The notes below the pieces were generated by a model that was given only the letters and a program-made list of their open reading frames with translations, was not told the origin of the DNA and ran no database searches. From Lama guanicoe (Eukaryota), in assembly GCA_013239625.1 (NCBI GenBank), contig MU053379.1, positions 4,361,229-4,421,228 of the forward strand: 60,000 bases of DNA, read 5' to 3'. Below are positions 11,433 through 24,504 of the stretch, in pieces. The number at the start of each line of letters is the position of its first letter. Position 1 is the stretch's first letter. The translations under genes and the position numbers were made by a program.

Positions 11433-13559
11433 AAGCCTCTGCACCTGGTTTCACGCAGAGGGAAGTCTGAGGACGGAGCTTACCGCAGAGGCTGAGGGTC
11501 GCCGCTCGTGGGTCAGTGACCAGGCCCCTCCCTGACCAGCAGCCAAGAGCGAGGACCGCCTGTGCGCGGCCAGCTGTCCCTCAGCGGCGCGTCTCCAGGG
11601 CGCGAGGGGTGGCTGTCCCCCCGTGTCACTAACGCCAGCCCCTTGAAGTAGTCAGCCGGCTTCCTCAAAGGATAAACCCGAGCCAGTGCTATTTTAAAAC
11701 ATCAAAGATGTGCTTGTGGGTCTGGCGTGGGGGCTCTGGCTGCTGGTGTTGGGCCAGGGCCTCCAAGACGACGTTAAACCGCGTCAGGTTCCACCATGTG
11801 CGTTAGGGCTGCACCTGCCGTCTCCTGCTGATGACCCGGGGCCCCGAGGCTACAGGGCTCGTGCCAGGGCTGGGCCGGCCCACGCGGCCATGGATACGAG
11901 GCTGCCCTGGCAGCGAAAGTCCTCGTGGCAGAGCCGCAACCCCCGGGTCCCCACGCCTATCGCCGTGGGTCCCCCGCCAGCCAGCTCCGAGCCGGGCTCT
12001 ACGCACAGGTTCCACGTCCCGCAGTCCTACGGCCCCCGCCCGGCCCCTCCCTTGAGCAGTCTGCTCTTCCCGTGGAGGGAGACGCCTGCGCTGTGACGTT
12101 TGGTTACGCTGGCCTCTTGAGCGTTGGGTTAAACCTGCATCTGGACCTCTCCTCGAGGGTAACTCACGGCTCCTTGGCCCTTTGGTTTCTGCTCTGACTG
12201 ACCCCAGGGCCCCCCAGGGAGGAGGAAGGTGGAAAGTCACAGAGGAGGGGCTGCTGGGCATTCCCTGCGCTCAACCGTTCTGGCCGTGGGAGGGTGGGGC
12301 CAAGCGCAGTTCCATCGGGAACAGCTCATCTCTGAAGACACGCTGGACAAAGCCGACCCAAAGGCCGGACGAGCCCAGTTTGGGGGCTCGGGGAGCTGGG
12401 AGCGGCCCCAGGACGGGGGTCTGCTGGGCCATTGGTCTGCTTGTCCTTCAAGAGAGGAGTTTAATGAGCTTTTTGCAACTAAATGTCAACCATACTGTTA
12501 AAATAATAAACGTCACCATTACCCAGCTTTAAAACAAACCGAAAAATCCCCAAATGACCTCCCCTTTTCTTGCTTCAGCCCCACAAGTTCACAGGGGCGG
12601 CTGGCGGCCCCCACACGGTCGCTTTCCTGTGGGGTTGTCCCGAGCGGGTGGAAGGGGCAGGGCAGCCACCTCGTCCCCTCGGCTCGGACTTTGTGCATGA
12701 GCTTCAGGAGTCGGCCAGCGTCCCGCTGTGTCACTCAGGAATGCTCGGCTCTACCCTGGAATAAGAGAAGCCAGCCAGAAAGGAGGTGAGAAGCAGGTAA
12801 GCGCAGAAGCGGGTGGTCTATGGGTCAGGAAGACCCCAATGAACTGACAAGGGCATTGGTGATGTTGACCTGGGTTGGGGGCGGGAGGACCAGGAGCATC
12901 ACCTGCGTGGGATTTGACGACAGCCCAGGGCGCCCCTCGCCTGAGACACAGGTCAGCCACCAGCCGGGCACACTGGCCCCAGTGTCTCCTAGGTGGTGTC
13001 ACTGGGCACTGAGCCCATCTTCAGAGCCCAGCTCTCACCCTCATCAGCACCCGGTCTGCACGAAAGGGAAGTCTCTGAAGATGGTGCCAACGGAGGATTC
13101 AGGGAGTGGGGTCCTCCCAGCCCGCGGGCACCTGGCTGAAGCGCGTCACTGACCCCAGCTCCTTCCTCTTGCTTCTCGCTGTGCTTTCTAGAATCCGTTC
13201 TGCCCACGACCCCTCGGAGAGCTGCGTGGGAGGTACTTGGAGGCTACGGTTGATGGCATCAGGGCCGTTTCCTCCACGGCAGATGACAGACACGGGACAC
13301 CGTGGGTGAGGGGGCTCGTTAGAAACACGCCCCGTCCACGATTCATACCAAAAGTAAGGACGCAGGTCAGGGACGAGGGGCTGGGTCTCCATTCTCTGTT
13401 CCTCTGTGAACTCATCACAAACGCTCCCCACGCAACGTAAAGGGAAAAGAAAAAGTCGTAATTACGTGACTTTCATCCTGTGAAGCTCTTTGCAGTGAAG
13501 ATAAGCATCATATTTACGTGACTACTTATGCATTTGTTGTGCGCTGCATTGCAGGCTCT

Positions 13560-13750
13560 AGGTTTGATGTGATACAAGGATTTATTTCTTCGTAAATATC
13601 TAGAGAGCGTTCGTTGCTCTAGAGAGATGTGTATGGCTGGCTGGATAAACATGGAAGCAGCCAGAAGAAGACACACGAAATGCTAACAGTGGGTCACAGA
13701 GTTATTAACCATGTTTTGTTTCTTATTCACCTTTTATGTGTTTTCAGGAA
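13560..13750 (+). mobile_element. Old L1 (L1MC/ME) 3' fragment
   Basis: GAAGACACACGAAATGCTAACAGTGG...TTTTGTTTCTTATTCACCTTTTATGTGTTTTC. Confidence 0.4.
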
Positions 13751-14269
13751 GCTCCTAAAGCTGCAAGGATCGTTCTGTGATTTACCGAACCGCAGTGTGT
13801 CATTTCAAATCTCCTCTGCAGCACAGATCTTCATAGACGTCCCCAGGTGGGTGAGGAGTCAGACTCACACGACAGGGAGGTTTGGTCTTCGAGAAGGAAA
13901 CAGTGTCCAGCCGTGCTTGGACGGTCCTGGCAGCACCGGCCACGGCACCCCTCCCGCGATGCCTCAGACCCACCGTTGCACCGATGAGCCTTCCCCACGT
14001 GCGGAAGTCCCTGCGTGCTGGGTCCTTACGCCAAGACATGCAAACACCTACCCTGCTCTCGGCTCAAACCTCTTTCTACGTTTGAGCAGTGCTGGGGTTG
14101 CTAGAAAACCAGGTCAAGGTGCATCAGCAGGGCCATACGCCTGCAGTCCACCCGTCAGCAGCCCAGCCGTGTGCAGGCCACGTGTCCGAGAAGGTAGTGG
14201 GCTGGTCTCGAGGATGCACTGATGGGGAGGGGGTGGCGCCGGGAGACCCCCCATCTCTCAAGGTCCCAC

Positions 14270-14740
14270 CCAGGTCCAACTGCTGCTGACTTACCAGCCC
14301 TAAACGTGGCGGCTCCAATAGCAATGGCGGTTTTATTCTCACGGAGTTTCTGTTCGTGGTTCTGACCCAGGACCTCCTCTGCATACAGTCTGGGAACAGA
14401 CTGAGGGACGCTGGGGCCCGGAGCAGTGGAGGGCTGGCTGGACACCCCCGCCTCTGGGGGCTGCTGCTCATGGCCCCTCCACGCAGGGTGACGCGGCCCT
14501 TCCACCACAGCGGCCCTTCCAGCATGGCGGCCCCCAGACAGTCGTCCTGCTCGTGGGGCATCTCAGGGCTCCAGTCGCAAGGAGGAGGCTGATCGCCTTT
14601 CCAAGACCCCGCCTCGGAAGTCACAGCACGTCACCTGTGTGCACCCTAATGGCCACATTAGTCGCCAAAGCCCTCCCAGTTCTAGGGGTGGGACATAACG
14701 CCACCTCCTGATGGGATGAGTGTCAGAGTCTCCTTGGAGA
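14270..14740 (-). mobile_element. MLT1G/H-like MaLR LTR
   Basis: CCAGCATGGCGGCC, CCTCGGAAGTCACAGCACGTCAC and CCACCTCCTGATGGGATGAGTGTCA occur in MLT1H order on the antisense strand. Confidence 0.7.
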
Positions 14741-14894
14741 CGGGCCTGGGTGGTGGGAGATGTTGCTGTGGTCCCTGAGGGCCGTTCCCCGGCTGGTAAC
14801 ACCCACCCCGTCTCCTCGTTCTCCTCATCCCCGAGACCCCGCTGCCTGGATGCCCCGTCTTGTGAGGCAGCTTGCTTGCATTTTTCTTCTGACA

Positions 14895-15085
14895 TTTAAA
14901 ATAAGTGAGGTATGGCTGGTTAACAATGTGTTAGTTTCTGGTGTCTGGCTCAGTGATTCAGTCGTACCTATATATATTCTTTTTCATATTCTTTTTCATT
15001 ATAGGTTATGCCAAAGCCCTGAATGTAGCCCCTGTGCTCTGCAGGGGACCCTGCTGCCCGTCTACACAGCAGTTTGCATGGAGGC
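14895..15085 (-). mobile_element. Cetartiodactyl L1 3' end fragment
   Basis: ACAATGTGTTAGTTTCTGGTGT...AGTGATTCAGT...ATATTCTTTTTCATATTCTTTTTCATTATAGGTTAT...CCCTGTGCT. Confidence 0.85.
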
Positions 15086-15904
15086 AGCTTCCGCAGACCT
15101 CCTCTCCAGCCTTGAGGGGCTCCTCCCCAGAGCTCCCCCTCCATCCTGCACACGGCCATTCCCCCACCTCTCTGCCCCGGAGGAGTTCACGTCTCCCTCC
15201 CCAGCTGCCTGCAAACTCCCTGAAGGCTGGGCTCACCCGTTTTCCCTTCCCTGCGCTACCTCTCCAAAGACGTTTCAAAGGACATCTGTAGGAATCCTCC
15301 CCAGCAGGGGCAGTACCCAGACACCAACCCCGAGTGAAGGCCAGTTGCACAGATGGCAGCGTCTCAGCCACGGGGAAGGGAAGGCGCACTGCAGGGGGGG
15401 TGGACAGTAAACAGTGCCCGTGGTGATTCCCGGAAACAGGGGTCACTGACGCTTTGCAGTTCATCATCTGGAAAGTCCCTGAGATTTCAGTAATAAACAA
15501 GGATTCCCATTTCTTCTTTAAAATCACTTCTAATAAACAGACCGCTCCTCTGCCCAGGCCCAGAATGGACTAGCTCAGGACCCGCTGCCGTCTGGGTGAG
15601 CCTCCTGTGCTCACCTCATCCCCACCCTGCGCCCGCCCCAGGCACCACCGACCCGCCGGTGCTCCCTCAAAACACCAGCCTGACAAGCGGCCGGGCCGGG
15701 TTTACGACGTAGCAACCACGCTCAGACTCGCTCTGCTGGTTCGCCCGCTGCGCGCATTTCTGCCTTCATCTGAGTCTGGACGTTTCCAGGTCTCTCCCCC
15801 TCGGGAGTGAGGAGGATGGATCGTCTTAGACAAGTTGAAGATGAACTAAAAGAAACGTGAGGAAACAAGACAGTTCAGGATTCCGTACGACTCTGAGTCC
15901 CTTC

Positions 15905-16073
15905 ACTCTAAAACAAAATCCCACACAAGGAGCGACATTCAATGCCCTGCAGTGACCTGCGGTGAACAAGAACACGGACAGGAGCATATGCATGTGCGTG
16001 CATGACTGAGACACGACGCTGCGCCCCAGAATTGACACAACGCCGTAAACTGACTGGATTTCAATTTAAAAAG
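15905..16073 (+). mobile_element. Camelid-type L1 3' end fragment
   Basis: ATTCAAT...GCATGACTGAGACAC...CCAGAATTGACACAACG...TAAACTGACT...TTCAATTTAAAAA is homologous to 25700-25825. Confidence 0.8.
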
Positions 16074-18999
16074 CCCCGTTCCTAAGCCTGAACGTCCGTG
16101 GCCAGCGCCAAAGGCACAGCGCAGCCCTTCAGCGGGACGGTCTGCAGTTACTCGGTTAAAGCGACACCGCCCTCTCTAAGCTGCTCTGTCTGATGCGGGG
16201 CTCACTGGTCCTCACACTGGAAGGAGGTAAACGTCCCCTCAACAACCGTTTTCCCTTTCAGATATTTCAGAAGCACAAGCTGCGAACATTCCTGATTTCT
16301 CAGCCACTGCAAACATCGAAGACTACTTGTCTGTGGGTAACTGGAAGCATTTATGTTTAGTCATGAATGGTTTTCACGGAAATGACAGGACACTCCAGCC
16401 CAAGGAGGGATCATGGAATTGGCTCCATGCCTTCCGGGAGTCGCACATATTCACCTTTTTCTCATCAATAGTCGGCTTCTTTGACCCTGCTTGGACCCAC
16501 TGACCCACGACTTGTCCCGATCAACAAGGGCTCCTAAGTCAGGCCCCCCCGGCTTCTTACTCCCTGGCTGAAGCCCCCCGTCTCCTCCTCGTCCCCTCAG
16601 CCCACGTTCCAAAGTGGAAGCATGTTGTACGTGTTTCCTGTCAGCTCAGGAGGTGTGGAGAGTGTGGCCCGCCAGGAGCCCCGGGCTGGGGCCCACCCCT
16701 GCTGGCCAGGCGTGCCTGCCTTCAAGGGCTGCTGTGGGGTTAGGGGTGACACCCCCGAGCGGCCCCTAGAGCACAGTGTTATCTTCCGTCCACAGTAACG
16801 GGTCTTGCACGGCCGTCCCCAGAAGGGTATCCTGGGACAAGGATGGGAGAGCGGGTGGCCTGTCACGGGGAGGGCCCAGGAAGCCGGGTGGTGACTGCGG
16901 AAGCCACACAGGACCCAGGGATGCAGGGTGGCCCAGGTGCACCGATGAGCTGGCACGGCTGTGGGCTTCGGGGGCGCGGTCCCGATGGGGACGTGGGGGA
17001 GGAGGGAGCACGTGACTCAGAGACGCCCCCTCTGACCTCGAGGAAGCTGGGTCTCTTTGTCCAAGGCCTGTCTGCCGCTGGCTGGGAGCTGGTCCCAGGG
17101 CACTGGCTCCTCGGCGCTTCCAACCTGACCCACGTGTGGTCGGTGGTCTGCACACCTGAACGAGCCCTCGGGCGAGTCGCAGGTACCTGCAACCGGTAGC
17201 AGCGAGCACACCTGGGGAGGTGAGGGCCCTGGAAGCATCTGGAAGGCACGTCAGCACGCAGCCCGCAGGGCGTGTGCCTCGGAGGGTCTGGCCCAGCAGG
17301 GCGGGTCAAAGGCTGGCCTTTCTCACGCACTGCCAGGTGGTTTTCAGCCGGGCAGGTAAAGGCGGGGAGTCTGCACGCCACACTGGCGGGTGACACCTTC
17401 AGAGTCTGTGTTCGGGGGTCGGATGAAGGAGGAGTGAGGTGAGGGCGCCGAGGGCAGTGGGTGGAGGCCGCGTCTCCCTTCTCCCCGTCTCGGAGAACGC
17501 AGTTTCTCAGCCCACGGTCAGCCGCCCGCCGTCGTCTCCATTTGCAGGGGAGAAAACCGTTGCGCTCTTGGAGATCGTGGTGGACGCAGTGGGTCTCATC
17601 TGCTCCTGCAGACGCCTGGGGCAGGGGCGATGCTCCCGCGGGTGACACCCTCCTCTGGGTGTGCCCAGCTTTGGCTAAAATCTCTCAGATGTTGTGAGTG
17701 GAGAAGGCTTTGTAATTATCTGCCATCACTGCTTTCTTCACGGTGAGAGGGCACGAACGTCTCAAGGTGTGTCTCCATGGGAGAGGAGTTCTCGGCGTCC
17801 CCCCTCACCTCCCCGACTCAAGCGAGCCTGAGGCAGGCCCCGCGGCATCTCCAAGTGCCCGTCCTCGGGACTCCGGGAACAGTGGGCCCCACGCTCAGTG
17901 GTGCCTGGACACCCACTGCGGGCGCCTGGTCTGAGCCCGGGCCTCGCTCGCTCCCCTCGGCTGTGCCGCTGCTGAGCGGCACCCGGCCCGGGAGCGGGGG
18001 GCCCAGCACGGGCCCCGGCAAGACGGCTTCCGAGCTGCTTCAGCCTCGTGGGTGGGAGGCCGGGCCTGGGGGCAGCTGAGGTTCAGCAATCTCCCTCGTC
18101 CAGCTGTCACTGTCACCGGGGGTCACCCCCGCTGGGCCTCACGACAGTCGGCCCCCTCTGCCCGAGGGACGTACTGTGCTGATCGCATCCCGGGGCCTCT
18201 TCTCGGCTCTTGTTGGCACGGCAGCTGGGCAAAGAGTAACGCCATTGTAACGGTGACTAAAAGTAGCTCTGACTTCAATGAGGGAAGTAGGTCCAAGCTC
18301 TGGCACTTCTGTGTTAGTCACAGTGGCTTCTGACACGTGGCCCATCTGACTGGGAAGCGCAGGTGTGGAGCCGGCCCAGGCCCCGCACCAGGGGCAGGCC
18401 GTGCCCGCGCCGGGGTCAGCGCCTCTCAGCCGCGTGACTTCCAGGCACCCTGGAGACCCAGGCCCACGGCAGGTGAAGGGCGCACGGAGGACGGACGGCA
18501 TGTACTCCATCTCGTCGCGAGCACGGCGAGCAGCCGAGGTCCTCGGCACTGTGGGCGCCCAGGAGCAGGAGGCTGGCGGGCGGAACCACAGCCCTCTCCC
18601 GTTTCCCACGGGTGCCCGTCCATCCGACCTCAGCACCTCGGCTCGTCTTTGGAGTTTCTTCCCTTTCCTGCCCTGAACACACCGGCCACGTCCTGCCGTC
18701 AGTCTTTTATGAATCCTGTCCCATCCAGTCTCGTCCGGTCCCTGCCCTCACCCACTCTGTGTCTCCACTTCAGCCATCACCCAGCCCCGCTCCTGGCGGC
18801 CCCCTCCCCGGGCCCACCTGCTCCGCCCTCTGCTTCCAGACTGGACCCCCACACATCCCTGCTCACTCTTCTTTTGTACAGAGGCTGTCCTGCGTCCTGA
18901 GGTGGACGGCTCACAGGCCACCCTAATGGGTGTGTCGATGTTGTGACAGCAGCCCCGGAGGTGCCCGCTCGTGCCCTCCTCACTCCCACGGGCTGGCGG

Positions 19000-19375
19000 T
19001 TTCCACCGTGAGCCCCGATGACTCAGCCTGAGGCCGTCTCTCCACCCACAAGAGCAAATCAAGTAACAACATTCATGGAGTGAATGGAAATCAGTGATGG
19101 AGGGCAAGCGGGACCGGCCAGAGGGCTGGGAGGAAAACCGGCAGAGCCGAACGCCGCAAAGGAGGAGGGAAGAAGCAATTGTGTGAGCGAAGGCGGGTCC
19201 CCCGAGACGACGCTGGACCAACACTGAAGCCTCGGCGTCGGTTCTCACAGCCAGTAGGTCTCGCGTGACGTGGGGTGAAGGTTCCACTGGGCGGTGGGGA
19301 CACGGGCGGGTTGCCAAGTGGCTGAGAAGTGAGTGTAAAGGGAGCAAGGCAGGTGCAGAGATGTCTCTCTGGACG
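19000..19375 (-). mobile_element. L2 LINE remnant (reverse-transcriptase region)
   Basis: The minus-strand peptide LHSLLSHLATRPCPHRPVEPSPHVTRDLLAVRTDAEASVLV aligns to the L2/CR1 RT motif HSLLNPLQSGFxPHHSTETALxKVTNDL...FSVL. Confidence 0.7.
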
Positions 19376-20999
19376 TCTGACTGTGAAGACCCAGAGAGAC
19401 GGGGTAACGGAGGGGGACGCTGGCTCTGAAGAGTCATTGGTCAAAGGCCATCTTCAGGGGGTAGGTTGAGTCTCTGGTGCTGGCGGCTAGTCATGCAGGC
19501 CCAGGGAGTGTGTTCCAAAGCCAGAACAAGCGCAGTGTAGACGGCCTTCGCGTGTAGCCGTGAGCACGGGGCTGTGTGAGCAGGACCCCAGCAGCGCCTG
19601 CTGCGGGGGGTGGGGACGTGTTGGGGAAGAGCCTGTGTTCAGGTGAGCTTGCACTGAAAAGCAGACGCACACAAAGTGGATTTTACAGTATTTCCTTTAG
19701 GGAAGGGAAGTGAATATTCTGTAACTCACAACGGGGGTGTGAGGAGCAGATGTTTCCCACCAGCTGTTGCCAAGACAACTCCGGCTTTTGCTGTGGATGC
19801 TCTTTGGGAACGGCTCCATCCAGCCAAGGCCACCCAAGCAGCATCGCCGGACAATCCAGAGTGAGAAGACCGCCTCCGTCCACGCCGCCGCCGCCGCCCA
19901 GCCTCCCGGTCCCCCAGGTGTCTGCTCAGAGGACGGCAGCAGCCGGGGATGACACGGAGCCCCTTGGTCAAGGCCCACCTGTGCCGGCCCGTGGCCCCAG
20001 GACCTGGAGAGAGCTACCTGCACCTGAGGGGCCCCCGCTTTCTCTGAAGGCGCTGCCTTGAAGACAAAGGCAACACAGACACGGAGCCCAGAACATGAGA
20101 GAAAAACCTGCTCTTTCCGCTCAGGAACTGCAGCAACTGTCAGGGGTGCAGGGCCCCTGCGCCCAGGGCGCTGGCCGAGCAGGGAGGGTTCCCCGTCGGC
20201 TGCGGGTCTGCGCTGTTGGGCGGAGCCCCCCTGGCCGCCCCACTTAGGCAGGCAGCTGCTGGCCCCTCCAAACGCCCAGGTAGGGGCCACGGGGGGTGGG
20301 GGGAGGGGTGATGAGAAAACTGGGGGAAATGGTGGTTTTGACCTTGAGAAGTCAAGTCAAATTAAATTTAAACTTTTCAGAGGGGGAAAACCTGTAAATG
20401 GCAGACGACTCCATAAGGAAGTATTCAGCTCTGGGCTGTTTAGAGATGCATTCTTCATCCAGGACCTCGCAATAAAGCTTGAAAAAAAAGCACAACGGCA
20501 TTTCTTGGCCTAAACCAGTAAAACGAGTCCCGCTGTGATAGTGTCTTTCCAGTCGGAGCGATCACGATCCACGACTTTCTCTAAGGACTTAATTAACATC
20601 AACGCGAGAGCCTCTAATTTCCCCCGGTATTTATCATCTGGAAATAAAACCTGCTTACTTACTGTGGATGCCAAAGAACAGATTAAACTGATAAAGGAAA
20701 GTCTAAGATTAGCAAGCGCAATTCATTCTTCGGATGGAGATATTTTACCATTTCACCAAGTTGCTCTCTCGGGAGGGAAGCTGTCTGTTGATACTTTGCT
20801 ACGGAGACCGAGCTGGGGAAGGGGAGCCTGCTCCCCGCCGTGAACCAGGGCGTCTCTCCCAGCTCCTCGTCCACTGCTGAGGGAGGAAGATAAGAAAGGG
20901 TCTTCCCTCACACGCGCTAAGTTAAAGAAAGCTTTAAGTGCGCTCCATTCAAAAGCACACATACTGAAAACGGGATGAGTGAGTTCGTTTCAGCGTTTG

Positions 21000-21795
21000 T
21001 GCTGTGTCTGTCCTGGAAAGATACAGAGATCAGCGCGGCCCCTGCACAGCGATGCCGCACAAATCCGCAAAGTGTTCCCTGTCTTTTAAAAAGTTTGAAG
21101 TAATTGCTATAGTAACGGGACCCACGCATGTGCAAACAATAAAACAATACCACAGGCAGCGAAACTGGGGAGGCCGACTCGGTAGCCAGCGCCTGCGCTT
21201 CTTCACCTGAGACGCAGGCGCGCTCATCACGCACGCGCGCGCCGTCTGAGCGGTGACGGCACCGGCTAGGCCGGCTCAGTGTGCTGTGCGCCCTCACGGT
21301 GCCAGAAGGCAAAGACATGTTTACCACAAATACCAAAAGAAGAGAGAGAGGGAGAGAGAGAGAAGGGCAAAGAAAGGGAAGGCCGTCTCTAGAGCAGAGG
21401 AGGGAAGCAATGAGCACACTGAAAACAAATAAAAATCTCAGAAGCAGAGCTAGTAACCTGTCAGACATAGAATGTCCAGTCCGACCAGTACACTTGGACA
21501 AAAGCACACTAATACATGTAGGCAGAACCAACTTCCCTGCTGGGAGAAACACGTGTAGAATGAAACACAGGTAAAAGGGACTAGGAAGATCAGATTGGGC
21601 AAAGACTGAGCAGGCAATCGCTAACCAAGAGAAAGCTAGAAGTCACAGCGATAAGACTGGGCAAGAATAACGTTGAAGCAAGAAGTGATAAACTACCGCA
21701 AAAGGGATAATGAACATCAGCGCATGGTGTCAGGCACAGTGATAACCCAACCGCACTTTGTGCGCCAAGTAACAAAGGAAACAAACCATAAAGCA
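21000..21795 (+). mobile_element. Ancient L1M inter-ORF/ORF2 endonuclease remnant
   Basis: A-rich sense strand with AGGCAATCGCTAACCAAGAGAAAGCTAGA...CTTTGTGCGCCAAGTAACA, similar to the L1 endonuclease coding region. Confidence 0.55.
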
Positions 21796-21854
21796 TCACT
21801 CCAGGGGCTTCTGGAATGACTCAACAAACCCAGAAGTACGATCATATCATGATG

Positions 21855-21985
21855 GATCAAGTTAGCCTCGGAATGCCCCGGTGAGTTTGCTCAAACACGA
21901 GTCCTCGGGCTCCACCCCGGACCTTCTGCTCAGTCGGTCTGGCTGGGCTCTTGTAGCCCGTGCAGATGGAAGCCTGGGAAACAGC
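21855..21985. mobile_element. MER5A-like hAT MITE
   Basis: GGAATGCCCCGGTGAGTTTGCTCAAACACGAGTCCTCGGGCTCCACCCCGGACCTTCTG. Confidence 0.5.
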
Positions 21986-22208
21986 AATGGTGTGGCCGAA
22001 AGGCGTGGAAACACAGGGGTGAGAAGGGCTCAGCAAAGGACGGGCAGCAGAAATCTCCGGGAAGGAGCAAGGTGTTGGCTCCAACCAACCCAGGATCTTG
22101 AAGTGAGCCCGAGGGAATCGCGGCAGAGCCCTGAGTCGACGGCAGCCCCAGCGTGACAGCCGTGAGCAGAGGGGCTCAGAGAAGAGACACAATTCCCTGA
22201 AGTCTGCA

Positions 22209-22796
22209 AATGGGGACCGAGCGGGAAGGTTACCGCCCCCCAAGTCTCTGTTTCCAAAACACAGGCACCTTTCGTTACCCCCGGGAGAGGAGTGTTCCTC
22301 CTCCTCTCTGGGTCTGTCTGTCCTGGTCTGACTTCTCCTCGGCTTCGGAGGTGTTGACATTTTCCTCAAAACCCGCCTTCTACTTCTGTCCCCACTTAAA
22401 AATATTCTCTGTGTTCAGCAATGTTCCAAGTCCTTTACACACACTCCTTTACTGGGTGGTGCTGGGAGGCACGTCTCCTGTTACCCCCACGCTGGGGGTC
22501 GGGGATCAATGGGGACCAGCGGGAAGGTTACCGCCCCCCAAGTCTCTGTTTCCAAAACACAGGCACCTTTCGTTACCCCCGGGAGAGGAGTGTTCCTCCT
22601 CCTTCTCTGGGTCTGTCTGACTTCTCCTCGGCTTCGGAGGTGTTGAAATTTTCCTCAAAACCCGCCTTCTACTTCTGTCCCCACTTAAAAATATTCTCTG
22701 TGTTCAGCAATGTTCCAAGTCCTTTACACACACTCCTTTACTGGGTGGTGCTGGGAGGCACGTCTCCTGTTACCCCCACGCTGGGGGTCGGGGATC
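22209..22796. repeat. Direct tandem duplication (299 bp + 289 bp)
   Basis: 22209-22507 is repeated at 22508-22796 with one 1-bp deletion, one 1-bp insertion, one 10-bp deletion and one substitution. Confidence 0.97.
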
Positions 22797-24504
22797 AGAG
22801 GTCGGCGAGGTCACCTACGGGGCACCGGGCGTGCAGAGGGGCCCGAATCCCCTCCCCCCTGGCCCAACGCCGGAGCCACGCAGCACTCCTGCCCGGTCCC
22901 TTCCCTCTCCTTCCTTCTTGTCTGCAAACTCCCCTTCTTTTCCCATTTGCCTTTCTCTCCCAGGGAGGAAGGATAGGGAGCTGTTTGTGTTTCTTTCTCT
23001 TTTTTTTTTCTTTTTCTCCTGGTTCTTTCCTAGGAAGGAGTCAAGTTTACACAAGTCTCAGTCAAAGCAGCCTCCTGTGGTCACATCTCACCCTCTGCTG
23101 AACCCGCTCCTTCCTCTTGACGTTTTGGTCTGGACGGAAAGTGAGGGCTGTCACCAGAGAACAGCCTGCTGCCAGTAGCCCCGATGTCCCACAGGCCGGT
23201 CTATCCTCATGTGGCCTGTCATGTTCCTGGGGCCCAATTCTTAGTTTTGAAAGTCTCCAGAAATGGCAGCATCCTTGGCCAGAGGCAAGGCTCACTCGGC
23301 CTTCCCAATTCCGTAACTTAGAAGTCAATTGCCTCGCAGGTGTCTTTGAAATTCTCGTGTTGATTTGATGACTGCAGCTTCAGAGATGCCTTGCTCTCGT
23401 CCTTGTCTGGATCAGAATGCAACTGCCCGGGGCAGTGAATCAGACTGAGAAATCCGATCAGACCCTGATTTCAGCCCCCTTGGAGTTGGCCAGCCAGATG
23501 ATCTCCACGAGCCCTCCCTCGCTGGACTTCTCATTGTTCACCACTGCCCTCTGGGAATGTGATGCTGGATTCCACCCTGAAGTCCGGAAAACTCTAGACT
23601 TTAAGGAGATGGTCATGTTCCAAAAATGGGATCACAAAACAAACAGGACTGGAGAGCCTGAGGGCACTCCCTTCATTTCCAGCTGTTTCCAACATGTTTT
23701 CACTTGAGCAAAACCCCAAACACATGTTGAAAATCTCATTTCCCTCTGAAAATGTTAAATCCACGGGTCAAACTAAGAGGAACCATCTCTGTGTGAATCT
23801 GATCCGTTCACACTTAACTGACAGAAAGCTGGGTGAAGAGCAGGTTGACGGTCAAGAGGCCCCTTTTGGTAGCCTAAGGACTTGTCCCCTCACTCCAGGT
23901 TGTCCCTGCAAAGAAGGGGAAAGAGAAAGGTCAACGCTAGACTCTGACTCAACACCTTCCCTCAGCAAGGCTCTTGCCCCTTTCTATTACCAATAAAGCA
24001 GAAGTAATGACCAGGAGACACTGTCCCGTCCATGAGCAGGATGGGTGTTAAGTCAAGAAAGGCCCCTTGCCCGTGCACCACACCTTACAGAAGGCTCTCG
24101 AACCTTCCTTGCCTTCCGTCCACCCACCATCCTGGGTGAGGAACACTCATTCTTCTCCTCAGGTTATCTGAGCAGCCAAACAGGAGGCTTCACTGAGTCC
24201 ACTTTTGCCTCCCTAACCTACCCCCTCCCCACTATCCTGTTTCTGAATGATGTTGTTAATCATAGCTCTTCTCTGTTCAGGAACCGCTTTCAGCTTCACT
24301 CTCACCTGCAAGCCTCACGGACTCCGAGTTACTTTGCACTCCTGTGTGAACACCTCTGCCCGCCCTGCAGTGACAGACTGGCCACAGCCATCCTGGCCTT
24401 TTGTTCCTCTTCTGGATCTGTTCCTCCCTCACTGCTCTGTTTAAAATTCTACTCTTTAAAGGTCCATTTAAATCATGCCTCCTCTATCCAGGTTTAACTT
24501 ATAG

